A stretch of DNA of 64,000 nucleotides from Caecitellus pseudoparvulus (lineage: Eukaryota > Protista > Bigyra: Bicosoecida), in NCBI GenBank assembly GCA_965644315.1, contig CBFFRQ010000056.1:372001-436000 (forward strand), written 5' to 3'. Positions 46,814-58,586 of this stretch are shown one piece after another (within the stretch, counting starts at the first letter, position 1; each line of letters begins with the position of its first letter). The position numbers were made by a program, and so were the translations under genes. The notes below the pieces were generated by a model, which worked only from the letters and a program-made list of their open reading frames with translations, was not told the origin of the DNA and ran no database searches.

Positions 46814-47718
46814 TTACAAACCGAGCATGTTCAGGCCCAGCGGGTGGCCAGGGAGCGGCGAGAGGGAGAGGCGCGCCGAAGCCCCCCCCTGCGCAGCCAG
46901 CGCATGCAAGGCATCCGCATGCACTTGCTGTCCGTCTTGGCTGACTGCGTAGTACGTGCAGGGCGCGTCGGCCGCGTAGGGCGGCAGGAGCACCTCCAAC
47001 ACTGTTGCCACGTCAGCCCCAGCGCAGATGCGTTGCGGGGGCAGGGGGCATTCAAATGCGTGCAGGTTGCCCTCGCTGGGGCCCAGCAGCCAGGTGTCGC
47101 CGGTGTGTTTCTCCTGCCTTTCATGTGGCACTGCTGGGATGGTGGGTGCAGTTGCGGCAGCTGCTGGCGGCCACTGCGGCGTTGCCGAGTGCACGTGCAG
47201 TGACCCGGACAGCAGGCGTGAGAGGACGTGCATGCCGCGGTGGTCGTGCATGGGGATGCCGCTGCCGGGAGGGATGATGAACGCAGACACTTCGCACAGG
47301 CGGCACATGTGCAGAGGGACCACGGCGAGGGGCAGTGGCACGAAGGGCCAGGCCACGAGGTTGGACGTGTGCTTGTGCCCCGTCAGCCAGGCCTGCAGCG
47401 TGGCGGAGAACTCTTCAGGGGCGACTTCACTGTGACTGCGCACTTGGTCTTGGTAGTTTGCCCACGCACGGGGGCTGGCTTGGGTCATCACTGAGGAGGG
47501 CGTCGGTACTCCGGGGCTTGCGTTTTGCCTGCGTTTTGCCTGCGTTTCACGAAGCACGCACCGTCGTCCAAGGATACAGCTTCCAAGGCTTCCAGGACAT
47601 CCGTGGTCCAGGCCGGGCGACGAGCAACTTGGGCAGCTGCAGACGCCGCGGCATGGCCAAGTTTTGCCTGCTCCTGGGCAGCCCCCCGGGCTGCAGCGAT
47701 CAACCGTGCCACAGCCAT
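46814..47718 (-). CDS. Cysteamine dioxygenase / plant cysteine oxidase (PCO_ADO) family (at least one intron)
   Basis: FIIPPGSGIPMHDHRGMHVLSRLLSGSLHVHS, GNLHAF, VLEVLLPPY and CTYY. Confidence 0.88.
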
Positions 47719-48085
47719 GGCGCATGGGCTGCTGTGTCTTGAGCTGAACCCGCAGGCGATTGGGACTGGAAATGAAGGGGAATGATCGTGAGAAAATTTT
47801 GGCAGGCGCTTATCCGAGCAGCCGAGGCATAACGAAGTGCACCCCGCGCAATCAGATGTGCAGCATGACGGGAAGTGAAGCGCTTCACAGCGCGCAAGCC
47901 CGCGAGGCCGCACAGACACGCACAGAACGCAGCCATGAACACTTCCACAACCCCCACCCACCCACATCAAGCTACAGGTGCCATCCAGTGCCTGCAGCAC
48001 CGCGTTCGCTGTGCTGACCAGAACTGACACCCTTGGCAATTCGGGGTTCCCAGGGCGAGGCAAATTCCGCACCCACCCTGGCGCA

Positions 48086-50306
48086 ATGGCAGGCAGCGGG
48101 ACTGCAAGCAAAGGCGCCATGATCGCCACAGAGCGTGGGCACTTGGCAATCCGGTGGCTCATGCTGGTGTTGCTGTGTGTGGCCTTGCTGGGCAGCTACT
48201 ACTGCTACGACAACCCAACTGCCCTGCTCAACAACGTACGCCTTGCACACGCGGGCTTGCTGAGGCGGAGGACGCAGCGCCCGCCCGTCGCCCCCCTCTG
48301 CGCAGATGAAGGAGTACTACAACATCCCATCTGCCGCCAACAGCACTGCCGCGAAGCGCTTCAACCTGAACTACAACTTGCTGTACAGCGTGCGTCGCCG
48401 CGTGTGGGCCGCTGCGCACGCGAGCCAGTGCGTAACGCCCCCCCCGCGCCCGCCCCCCCCCAGGTGTACTCCATCCCCAACACCATCCTGCCCTTCTTCG
48501 GGGGGATCATTTCGGACCGCCTGGGTGCGTGCAGTTGCCCCGCCACCCTTGGCGCACTCGGTGTGCCACAGCCCGTGCCCCACTCGTGCAGGTGTTCGGC
48601 TGATGTCCATGGTGTTCGCGGCGCTGATCATGCTGGGGCAGCTCATCTTCGCCATCGGCATGACCATGAGCGACGTGTCCTCGGGCTGGTACGTCATGTT
48701 CGTGGGCCGCACGGTGTTCGGGTTTGGCGGCGAGTCCCTGTCCGTGGCCATGTCAGCCATGATCGCGCAGTGGTTCACGGGCAAGGAGCTAGCCATGGCG
48801 CTGGGCGTGAACCTGGCCCTGGCCCGCGTTGGCTCCGTCATCAACGACCTGGCCTCCCAGGCCATCGCTGAGAAGTGGCCCATTTACTGGGCGCTGTGGG
48901 CGGGGCTGGGAGTCTGCATTATTTCCTTCGGCGCCACTGTGTGGGGGTACTACATCGACGTCAACGCCGTCAGCGTGCTGGCCAAGAACAAACTCTCCCT
49001 CATCATGTCAGGCGCCATGGCACGGCCCACGCGCAAGGCCAAGGCCCCTGACGCAGTGGCCGGCAGCCTGAACACCGACAAGGCCGGCTCCTACCAGTCG
49101 CCCGCATTCAAGCCGGCCCCGGCGCCTGCCAGCTCTGCCTCCGGCTCCACGGCCCTGCTGCAGGGGGAGTCCACCCCCACCCTCACCTCCAGTCTGCCAC
49201 AGGGCTTGACGGACATGGCCAGTGACTCGCCCGGCACGCTGCGCCTGGGCCCGGCAGCCATGGGCGGGTCGCGGGGCGCGGACGTGGCCCTGCCCTCCTT
49301 GGGGCCCGGGGCCACCCACTCGGAGACCACCACCACCCACACGGGGTTCGAGGAGTCACCCGCCATGGGTGTGCGGGAGGGCAGTGGGTATGCTGCGCTG
49401 AAGGCAGAGGGCGACGGCGCTCCGCTGTCTGAGGAGGAGCTCATCGCGCAGCTGAACGAGGTGGAGAGCGAGGTGGTGCGGTGCTCGGACGTGATGGCCT
49501 TCCCCATGACCTTCTGGATCATCACGCTGTCCTGCCTCACCGTGTACTGCGCCGTGCTGCCCTTCAACAACATCGCCGCCAACTTCATCGCCACCAAGTG
49601 GTTGCTGCCGGAGGCGGGCGACCCCACCACGGACGCCGGCAAGAACAAGGTCTTCGCCAAGGCCAACCAGATCATGCTCATCACGTACTTGACGGCGGGC
49701 TTCCTGAGCCCCTTCATGGGCGCCCTCATTGACCGCATCGGCCTGCGGGCTGTCCTGAACGTCCTGGCGGCAGTGCTCATCGTCATGGTGCACTTCGTGC
49801 TGGGGTACACCGACATGTACCCCATCGCGCCCCTGGTGGTGCTGGGCATCTGCTACTCCATCTACGCAGCGGCACTGTGGCCCAGCATTGCCCTGGTCGT
49901 CAAGCCGGAGTTCCAGGGCACGGCGTACGGCGTCGTGACGGCCGTGCAGAACGCCGGACTGGCCCTGGCGCCCCTCGTCATCTCCACACTCATGCCGCCC
50001 ACCAATTGCAACGGCAGCTACAAGTGCGTGGAGACGTTCTTCATCTCCCTCGGAGCTGTCGGCGTCGTGACGGGCCTTGCCCTGAACCTGGCAGATTGGT
50101 GGGCCCCCGTGGCCGTGCTGAACCTGACGGACAAGGCTGCGACAGCCAAGAAAAAGGAACTGGGCCTGCTGACAGCGGAGGAGCTGGCAGCGGAAGTGGC
50201 GCGGGAGGCAGCTGAGGCGCAGCAGGACGGCAAGGCAGAGACCACGGGCCTGCTGGCTGCTGCACGCTCCAGCTCAGTGGATGCGTCCGCCTCCAGTGCT
50301 GTGTGA
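48086..50306 (+). CDS. MFS transporter, MFSD1-like (three introns)
   Basis: GSYYCYDNP, YNLLYSVYSIPNTILPFFGG, GRTVFGFGGES, WFTGKELAMALG, ALWPSI and GTAYG..TAVQNAG. Confidence 0.9.
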
Positions 50307-50817
50307 GGGTGCAGGTGGCTGTCGGCGTGTGCAAGGGGTGTGCGAGGGGGGTCGGTTGCACCCGGCTGCGGCGGCATCTTCCTCCCCCGCGCCCACGCAG
50401 CCGGGAGGGGGTCGCAGCAGCACCTTGCAGGCTGCCTGCCAGAGGCAGGCACGTGCTTGGTGCAGGCGCGCAATCTGCGGGGGGTGGTGCTGTGCTGCCT
50501 GGCAGATGCCTCGTGCCGAGCTTCGCCCCTCTCGCCGCCCCATCATCACTACCCGCACCAGAAAATCCGTGCCGCCACAAAGCAATGCACGGCAAGACCG
50601 CAGCGTGATGCACCGGCTTCTGCCGTCTGGTGAGTGCATTTCGGCGGTGCAGCCGCTTTTTCGCTGCTCTCGGCGGATGCCAGGCGCCTAAACAGCAGTT
50701 CTTGGTGGCTGGTGGTCAGCAGTTGGCTAGAAGCGTTTCAGGGGCACAACGCCGAGTGTTGGTGGGCAGTTCCGAGGCCTTGCCCCCGTCAAGCCGCACC
50801 CCCTGCACAGAAAGGAC

Positions 50818-52959
50818 ATGTCTGCAGCTCGTAGGTCGTTCCTGCGCCACGCTGCCTCACGCCGTGCCGCATGACACCTCGCGTTGTGCTGCCACAGCGC
50901 CAACGAAGCAGGCCGCCTCAGACGGCGAGCTGATCGAGAGCGGAGGGCAAGCCGCCGTGTACAAGCAAGTGCACCCAGTGCACGGGCCAGTGGCAATGAA
51001 GGTCATCCCACAAGGCAAAGGCTCCGCTGCTGCATGCGAGCGCAAGTGTGTACGTGGCAGGGCAAGCTCCCGAAAGCGCGGAGCAGCGTGTCGCCGCGAC
51101 GGCTCCCTGGAGCGGCTTGTTTTGGCCCCTGGCACACTTCCCCTTCGCCTGCGCAGGCGAGGCGTCTTGGGACGAGCCACCCACACATCACACGTTGCCT
51201 GTCGGTGCAGCAGACGGCAGGCGGTGACACCCAGTTCGTGCTGGAGCTGGGGCACTGTGACATGCACGATGCTCTGTCATTCTGCAAGAAGTCTGGCTTT
51301 GCCGAGTCGGACTTTTGCCGGGAGTGGATGCTGCAGGTGGCTCATGGTACGTGGCAGCCTGTTTGCGGGGCCGTGCCCTGGTGAGGGCAGGTGTGACCGG
51401 CTGTGCATCGCACACCTCGAGCTTCGTGCCGCTCCTGCGCAGGTCTGTGCCACGCGCACTCCTGCGGCATCGCGCACCGCGACTTGAAGCCGGAGAATTT
51501 GCTCCTTTTCCGGGCGAACCCATCAGAAGGCGGTGCCTCGCCGGTGCGGGCTGCCTCCGCGCACAGCAGTTCTGGGTCTGGCGCGGACGCGCGGCGGCGG
51601 CGTGGCGGGGAATTGCGGGAGGCACTGGACACTTGGCGGAGGGGCCAGCGCACGCAGGCCATGGGTCGCAACATCGCCGACCGTTTCGTCGCAAAGGTGT
51701 GCGATTTCGGCTCGGCCTTTGTCACGCCGTCCAAGTCTCCGCCTGCACAGCCTCGGGGGCACGCCGCCTGCGGCAGCACCAAGTACTCGCCGCCGGAGGT
51801 GCGGCGGCTCATGTGCATGAAGATGCAGCCCAAGGACGCCGCCAAAGTGTGGCCGGAGGGGACGTGGGACGCCGCCCGACGCCTGGGTTACGACCCCTTC
51901 GCAGCTGACGTGTGGGCGTTTGCCGTCATTGTGTACGTAGCCACCATGGGCAGCCGGCCGTGGCGGTACGCCCTCATCTTCGACGCCTCCTGGCGGGCCT
52001 TTGTCCGCACCCAGCAACCCGGCACGATGAGCGAAGCGGTTTGTGGTCCAGGCCACGCCCTGTGGACCTCCAAGCACGCCCAGGCTGCAGAGCCGGCCTG
52101 GGCGTGGCCTGCGAGCATGTCGCCGGCACTGCGCGACCTGCTGCAGAAGTGCCTCCGCGTGCGGCCGCAGGAGCGCCCGACGATGAAGCAGGTCCTGCAG
52201 CACCCTTGGTTTGTGGACCCCACTTGGACCCCGGCCCGCCAGGGCGTGGCCCCGCCCCTGCACATCCACCTTCCCAGCGCAGCGTCCACAGCCTCCGCCA
52301 CTGACGTGACCACGACGGAGTCCCCGCCCTCGGAGGCATCCCCCAGCGCCGCCATCCCGCGGGGCGTCGTGTCCACGCCAGCTGGGGTGAAGCACGCAGA
52401 GGGGGCGTTGCCGCCTCTTGTGCAGGGGGGCTCATCCCCCCCCCTGCACCGTCAGGGACCCTTGGCCACGCGGGGGGGCCCCCTCGTCTCCACACAGCGC
52501 AGCTCGGGCGGTGGCTCCAGCATAGGCAGCCCATCCCTGGCATCCACTGGCTCCTGGCACGCCCGGTCGGCACATGGGCGCACGCTGAGTTGGCTGCGCA
52601 GCCCCAGCCGGGCCTCGGGCGCAGACAGCCTCGTCACGGAGGACGCCCCGTCAGAGCCCAGCACCTCCCTCCCCATCGGCTCTGCGCGGTCTCTGCCGCA
52701 CACCGAAGTGGACGACGCCGCGTCCGCCTGGAGCAGCTTGATCTCCGTCACCTCCGGGGCCAGCGCCGGCCCCGCCACACACAGGCGAAGCCATGCCAGC
52801 AGCATGGGCAGCTCCGGCAGCCCGGCTTCTGTGGACCACACGGGGAAAAGACCAGGCGCGGTGGACAGCAGCGTGCGTCCAGTTGTCGCACGAGCGGCGT
52901 CAGGCACTCCTTGGAAGGTGCCCCTCTGGACCACGCCAGCGCAAGCAGGCCAAGGGTAG
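50818..52959 (+). CDS. Ser/Thr protein kinase (CAMK-like) with Ser-rich C-terminal tail (three probable introns; start uncertain)
   Basis: VAMK, HRDLKPEN, KVCDFG, CGSTKYSPPE, DVWA and RPTMKQVLQHPW. Confidence 0.85.
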
Positions 52960-53236
52960 GTGGTGGCTGAGCACACTTGCACGTGCTGGGCAAAAGCTGC
53001 GTCAATGGCAGGCAGTCACACGGCCAATGTATGTTCTTGCTCGACTGTGCTTGTAGTGTGACCCGCGTCCATCGCCCTCGACGCTCCCCCGCCTTCCGCG
53101 CGCCTTGTGAGAGTGTTTCGCGGAGAAACGCGGAGCGGGCCGTGCCTCACTTCCGGGTCACACAGCGCCCAGCGACCACCAGGACACTGCCTGTGCCGGG
53201 AAGCTCAGCCCTTGAGAAATTCTCGCTTACTTCAGC

Positions 53237-54442
53237 ATGCGTTGGTCTGTGGTCGCTCTGACTCTGGGGCTAGCAGCTGGCGCTGCGTTGCCACGCTTGG
53301 CTGGAGCAAGTGCAAGGCCGGGTACACAGGCTCTGCGGCCAGTGCGGCACAGCGTGCAGCCGAGGGCCCTGCAAGTCGTCCCAGACTGCACGTCTGATGA
53401 GGCGCTGCGCCTGGAGGCCGGCGGCTTCGTGTGTGTGCCCAAGGACTGCGTCGTGCTGCACGGAGCAGGGTTTGTGTTCGACCCGTCCACCCGCACGTGC
53501 ATCGACCCCACAGCTGTGCCCAGCCCGACGCCGTCCCCTTCGGCAGGTGCGAGTGCAGGTCCAGGTGGCGCTACCTCTCGCCCTGCCAGCTCTGGGCCGG
53601 ACTGCAGCGGCCACGGCTCAGTGATCTGCATTGCTCCCAGCGACTCGGACGGCACCCTGACCCCCGAGCAGGTGCAGGCGCTCACCGTGTGCACCTGCGA
53701 GTGCGAGGAGGGCTGGGCCAGTCGCAGTGGAGGGGCAATGAATGCTTCCTCCCCCTTGTGCAGTGTCCGCAGCACTGCGTATGACGCGGGCGGAGGGGAG
53801 GGCAGCTCGGAAGGCAGTGTGCAGGACGGCTGCGAAGGGGACGCACTGTGCTCAGCCTGGGCCTCCGCCGAGTACATCCTGGCGCTGCTGGGCATCCTGG
53901 CGCTGGTCATGTGCATTTCGTGCTGCTGTTGCTGGGAGCGCCTGCCCGCTCCCGTCAAGGTGTGCGTGGGGAAGGCGCTGCTTGCGCCGTGTGCGCGCTG
54001 TCGCCCTGCAACTCCGACACAGGTGTCCCTGCCAAACGCGGCGACTGCGGGGGACGAGGCAGCCAAGCCTGCGCAGACGCCGTCACACGCGCCGGCAACT
54101 CGACGCAGGTCTACGCTGGTGGCGCTGGTGGCGGCCCTGCAGAGCCAGGTGGAGTCACTGCAGTCTCAGCTGGCGCCGCCGCCCGTGTTGAGCAGTCAGC
54201 AACGGCGCGCGACGATGACGTCAGCGAACCCACTGTGGAAGGGAGGGGGCGAGTCGGACGTGACACAGATCCCCACGACTGGGGCTGTGACGTGGGATGA
54301 GTCAGGGCAGTACTGGTGGGATGGGGAGGCGTGGGTGTATGCGGGTGAGGTGACGTGGGATGAGTCGGGGTACTACTGGTGGGATGCCGGGCAGGAGGCG
54401 TGGGTGGACGGCACGCAAGCCCTGCCCCGTCGGGCGGTGTGA
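53237..54442 (+). CDS. Type I membrane protein with Cys-rich/EGF-like ectodomain and C-terminal Trp-rich repeats
   Basis: Signal peptide, DCSGHG...CTCECEEGW, TM followed by CCCC, coiled coil, and two VTWDESGxYWWD repeats (63-bp period). Confidence 0.75.
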   Translation: MRWSVVALTLGLAAGAALPRLAGASARPGTQALRPVRHSVQPRALQVVPDCTSDEALRLEAGGFVCVPKDCVVLHGAGFVFDPSTRTCIDPTAVPSPTPSPSAGASAGPGGATSRPASSGPDCSGHGSVICIAPSDSDGTLTPEQVQALTVCTCECEEGWASRSGGAMNASSPLCSVRSTAYDAGGGEGSSEGSVQDGCEGDALCSAWASAEYILALLGILALVMCISCCCCWERLPAPVKVCVGKALLAPCARCRPATPTQVSLPNAATAGDEAAKPAQTPSHAPATRRRSTLVALVAALQSQVESLQSQLAPPPVLSSQQRRATMTSANPLWKGGGESDVTQIPTTGAVTWDESGQYWWDGEAWVYAGEVTWDESGYYWWDAGQEAWVDGTQALPRRAV

Positions 54443-54461
54443 TGGCGGCACAGCGCTGCAT

Positions 54462-55297
54462 TCACGAAGTGCCCTCTAGCGCCTCCTCAAATGCACTGTT
54501 GCTCTGCTGCACGTCCAGCGCCATGGTGCGGGCCTGTGACTCGGACAGCTCGTCCGACGCGTCCATGGCGTTCAGGCGGCTGAGCCAGGGCGACAGTGTC
54601 GCCTTGCTGGGGTGGTCTGCAGGCAGCATGGCGTGTCGCTGCAGGGACGTCATCAGCGCCGTCAGGTGCGGGTACAACCGGTCCTTGGCCGTCATGCCCA
54701 TGACCAGTGCGTCCCGCACGGTGATGTACAAGCTCGTCTGCGCAGCAGCGGGCGGCGGGGGGAGGGTCAACGCGGCACGTGGCGCAGCATGCAGCGGCCT
54801 GCACCCACAGTTTCATGCACGTGGCTGGGCTTGTACTCATGCGTGGCAGTGGTGTACTTGGCGGTGGCAGGCACTCGGTCCTCCAACAGCCGCAGCTGTG
54901 CTCGTGTGGCATCCAGGCCGAACTCCCTCATGAACTTCGGCACACTGTCAGGGCCTGTGAGAATGCCCTTGGACTGCAGCGCTCGCTCCTGCATCTGGAA
55001 GCTGCTGATGAGGGAGCTGCAGGCACTCGTGTAGGCATCTGCGCAAGGCGTGTCGAAGCCAGTGAAACGCCACGCCAGCAGCGCCAGCGGCGCCAGCGCC
55101 GCACCTGCGTCAATGTGCCCCTTCGCATACGAAGCCTCCAACATGTCTGTCGCCTTTAGGACGCCGTACAGTTCCGACATCTCGTCCAGTTGCTCCCGCT
55201 CGGCACGTGTGGTGGCCACTCGCATCTCCTTGCTGGTGTCCAGCGGCACCTGGGCAGGGCCCCCCGCAGCCGCCGCGCTGGGGAAACTAGTTTGCAT
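54462..55297 (-). CDS. VPS28: ESCRT-I subunit Vps28 (two introns)
   Basis: EREQLDEMSELYGVLKATDMLEASY, YTSACSSLISSF, LYITVRDAL, KDRLYPHL and WLSRLNAMDASDELSESQAR. Confidence 0.92.
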
Positions 55298-55820
55298 GCT
55301 GCAGCTATTAAGTGGTCACAGGAATGGTTCCAAGCCTTTGCCTTGGGTTTGGTTGCGCCGTGACGCGTGTGGTGACGCTGGGCCGCGGAAGCAGGACGAG
55401 TCCAGGAAAGGTCCGCAGTGGAGGGAGGCGAAAACGTTGCGGCAAAGCAGTGCCCAAGGATAAAGTCCCAGAGAGGTTATTGTGGGAAATTGGGGTGTGT
55501 TTTCAAATTGACTTTGTCCTGCAAAGCTGCGTTGAGTCTTGAATCGAGTGAGGGTGCTCAGACAGTCGCATGACACGGACTGGGAGGCCCCCGGCGCAAC
55601 ACTGCGCGGTCCTCCCACCGCCCTACACTCCCCTGCCCCTTCACTTCCACAGCGCCAGCTGTAGCACCGCCTGCCTCCCGGTCTTTCCTGCACACAGCTG
55701 TGCAGCGGTGGTGAATGCGGAAATTGTAGCTGCTCACCCACCATGCCGGCAACTGCAGGCCGCGTGCGCATGCCGCACAACAACAGGGTGACCACGAGCT
55801 CTGCCATCAGTGGCTCTTCA

Positions 55821-56581
55821 ATGTGGGCTAAGATCGGCGGAGGGGGCGGCGCTGAAGACGCAGCAGCATCGGTGCGTGAGCACATGCATGGAGCAGCGCC
55901 TCTGGTGCCTCCACTCCTGGCCGCCCTGCCTTCCCGACAGGCCGTGAGCGAGACTGCAAAACAAGCCCAAGAGCTCATGGAGCTGGCAAAGATGCGGAAA
56001 CAGGTGTGTGCATTGAGTTGCGAGCCACGCTACCTTCACTCGGCTCCACACGTGCTCACGTGCCTCCTGGCCATGCACAGCGAGACGAAACAGCCCTGGC
56101 GTCATCTGCCGGTGTGTTCGGGGCACCCATGCAGCGGCAGTTCGGCGCAGCGAAGATGAAGAAGCGCCGCAACCGCCTGACCCTGGAGGCGGCCGCGACG
56201 CTGGGCATCGAGCCAGACCACACACAGGTGTTGGCGCAGGCTGCGTCAGCTGCCCCCCCCGCCGCCGCCCCCCCCAGGCGGCGCCGTGCAGCCTCCACCT
56301 CTTCCAGCGACAGTGACTCCAGTGAGTCCTCTCGCGAGCGTCGGCATCGGCGGCACCGGCGGCGCCGGCATGAGCGGCGACATGGCTCGTCGTCCCGTTC
56401 ACGGGGTCACTCGCGTCGCCATCGCCACGGGGAGGAGGAGGAGGGGGCATCCAGACACCGCCACCGCCGAGAGCGGTCCCCACGACGGCACCACCGTCAC
56501 CGTGACAGAGACGATGATCGGGGCGGCCGGTCGGAGCGGCACAGGTCTGGCTCAGGGAGGTACGACGCGCCGCGGCACTGA
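55821..56581 (+). CDS. Arg/His/Ser-rich low-complexity nuclear-type protein (one intron)
   Basis: Spliced ORF (GTGTGT...GCACAG intron) ending in SSSSDSDSS and RRHRRHRRRR/RS-rich tail. Confidence 0.6.
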
Positions 56582-56597
56582 CGAGCCTGCCTCGGAG

Positions 56598-58038
56598 TCA
56601 CACGTCCACGGCGGCATAGTAGGAGCCGACGCGCCACGCCTTGGGGCGCCCCGAGTCGCCTTTGGTGAAGGATTTGAATGCAAATGTCTGCTTTGCCCTG
56701 CTGGACGCGTGCCCTATGCCGGCGGTGAACATCTGCTCCACCTGCTCGTCCGTCGCGTCGTCAGCTTTGGCCATGTGCAGTTCGTGGGTAGCGGAAGTGG
56801 CGGTCAGCACGGCGCTGCGCCGCGTGTGCACCTTCTGCGCCTTGAGTACGCGGTCCCTCCAGGGGTTCCCCCCCTTGCTGTCCCCTTCATCGTCACTGAA
56901 CTCGTCCATGGCATCTTGGCGTCGCCGCACGGCTGCAGAGATGCGGTCGCCACCGTCGCCACCGCTGCCACCGCCGGTTGCCATGGCGTTCTTCAACTTC
57001 TTTTCTTTCTCCTTGCGCTCAGCTTCGATGCGGCGCAGCATGGCCTTCTCCTCCTTCTTGAAGTTCTTCTTTGCCAGGTACGCTGCTGCCATGGCGCGGG
57101 ACTCCTTATTGGTGGCGGCGGCCTTCATCTGCCGGGCCTCCCGCAACGTCATGGCGCGGTCAGGGTTCTCAATGTCCGCCGCGTGGAAGTGCTTCAGCAT
57201 CTCCAGCTCGGCCTTGCGGGCCATGTCGCGGATTTCCCGCTTCTTCTCGCGCAGCTTCTCGCGCTCGGACTTCTCCCGCTTCTTGTGCACGACGACTTCA
57301 CGCACGCCGTGCTGGGTCACGCGCAGCTCCACTTGCGGCGGCGGCGTGTCGGGGCGAGTGGGGTCGCCTGCCAGAAAAATGTCCGAATTGAGTACCTCAG
57401 GAAAGTACCGAAACAGGATGCCTTGCACCAGCAGTAGCCCTGGAACCAGACCGCTGGCAAAGATGAGGCAGGTCACCAGCCCGCTGAAGGCGGTGTCCAC
57501 CATGCCCTTGCACGAGTCCGTCTCGCCGCGGTACGTGGCCTGCCCGGCGGCGAGGTTGATCCACACAAGGAAGAAGAATTGGGAGCCGTAGAATCCCAGT
57601 GTGAAAATGAATGCTGGGGACCAGAAAGCGGCCACCATGAGCCAACCTGCAGCAAAAAGCGCGGCCAGTGCCTCGCAAGTCTCGAGGCACTGCTGGGCAC
57701 GCCTAACGCACCTGACTGCTTGGGGTCAAGCTGGTCCTGCTGCACCCCCCAGCGGGTGCAGTAGATGCTGATGAAGGACATGAGAGCCGAAATGGAGATG
57801 ACGTGGCACCACACCTCCGTTACCTCCTGCGGGGAAGCGAGACGCTCCCGTTCGAGTCACAAGCATCAAATTCCGCATTTCACCAAGGCCCAATGCGCAC
57901 GTTGCACTCTGCGTCCGTGTAGAAGATGTACACCACTGCAAGGAAGTACAGAAACGACACCAGCAAGCTTATGGACAGAATGACCTCCCGCGCCATCCTC
58001 AGCGTGTGGCCTGGCTGGCACGTGATGACCAGTCCCAT
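56598..58038 (-). CDS. Uncharacterised ~4-TM protein with charged coiled-coil cytoplasmic tail (two introns)
   Basis: Hand-spliced MGLVITCQ...VILSISLLVSFLYFLAVVYIFY|EVTEVW...|WLMVAAFW...; K/E/R-rich C-terminus. Confidence 0.65.
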
Positions 58039-58313
58039 GGTGCCCACGTGCCAGGCTCACTCCCACTCATGCAGCTGACTTGTGCGAGGGGCTAGCAGTG
58101 ACGCGCACGTTGGGGTGCGAGCGGGTCAGTGCTTCGGTACAGCTCAGCGCTTCAGCACCGCTGTCCTTTAGGCATGATTTTGGCGCGGCAGCAAAGCAGG
58201 CACGCTGGCTTACTGCCGGCGTGTGTGCAAGCAGCTTTCCTGCGCCGGTTGAATTATGCCCGGCATGCAGCGCACGGGCAGTTGCCAAGTGCACCTCAGA
58301 TAGCAACCCAGCA

Positions 58314-58586
58314 TTACCGTGCACCGGCGGCCCGCAGCAGCACCATGCTCACTCGCCCTTGCCGAGTGCTGGTGCCGGCCCACACCGCATCCTTGGCTGA
58401 TTGTACAGCCACCTGCCCAGCAGCTAGCCGTGTCTGGAGGGGAATGGCCCGGTGTCCCGTGAGGCCTAGCAGCTCACGCATGACGTCCAGGCGACCATTC
58501 TCCCATGCAAGCACGAAGCCAGCCTCAGGACTTCCCTCAGGCCCAGCATGCACATCCACCTCTCGATGACCGCTTAATGCCAGCAG
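58314..58586 (-). pseudogene. C-terminal fragment of an ankyrin-repeat gene
   Basis: LLALSGHREVDVHAG...RELLGLTGHRAIP...AVWAGTSTRQGRVSMVLLRA. Segment 58330-58493 matches 61403-61566 with 5 mismatches in 164 nt. No ATG; similarity stops abruptly at ~58586. Confidence 0.8.

Noticed and set aside
1832-57900. Non-canonical splice sites or alternative genetic code to explain broken ORFs
   Set aside because: Every frame break I examined is resolved by ordinary GT-AG introns under the standard code.
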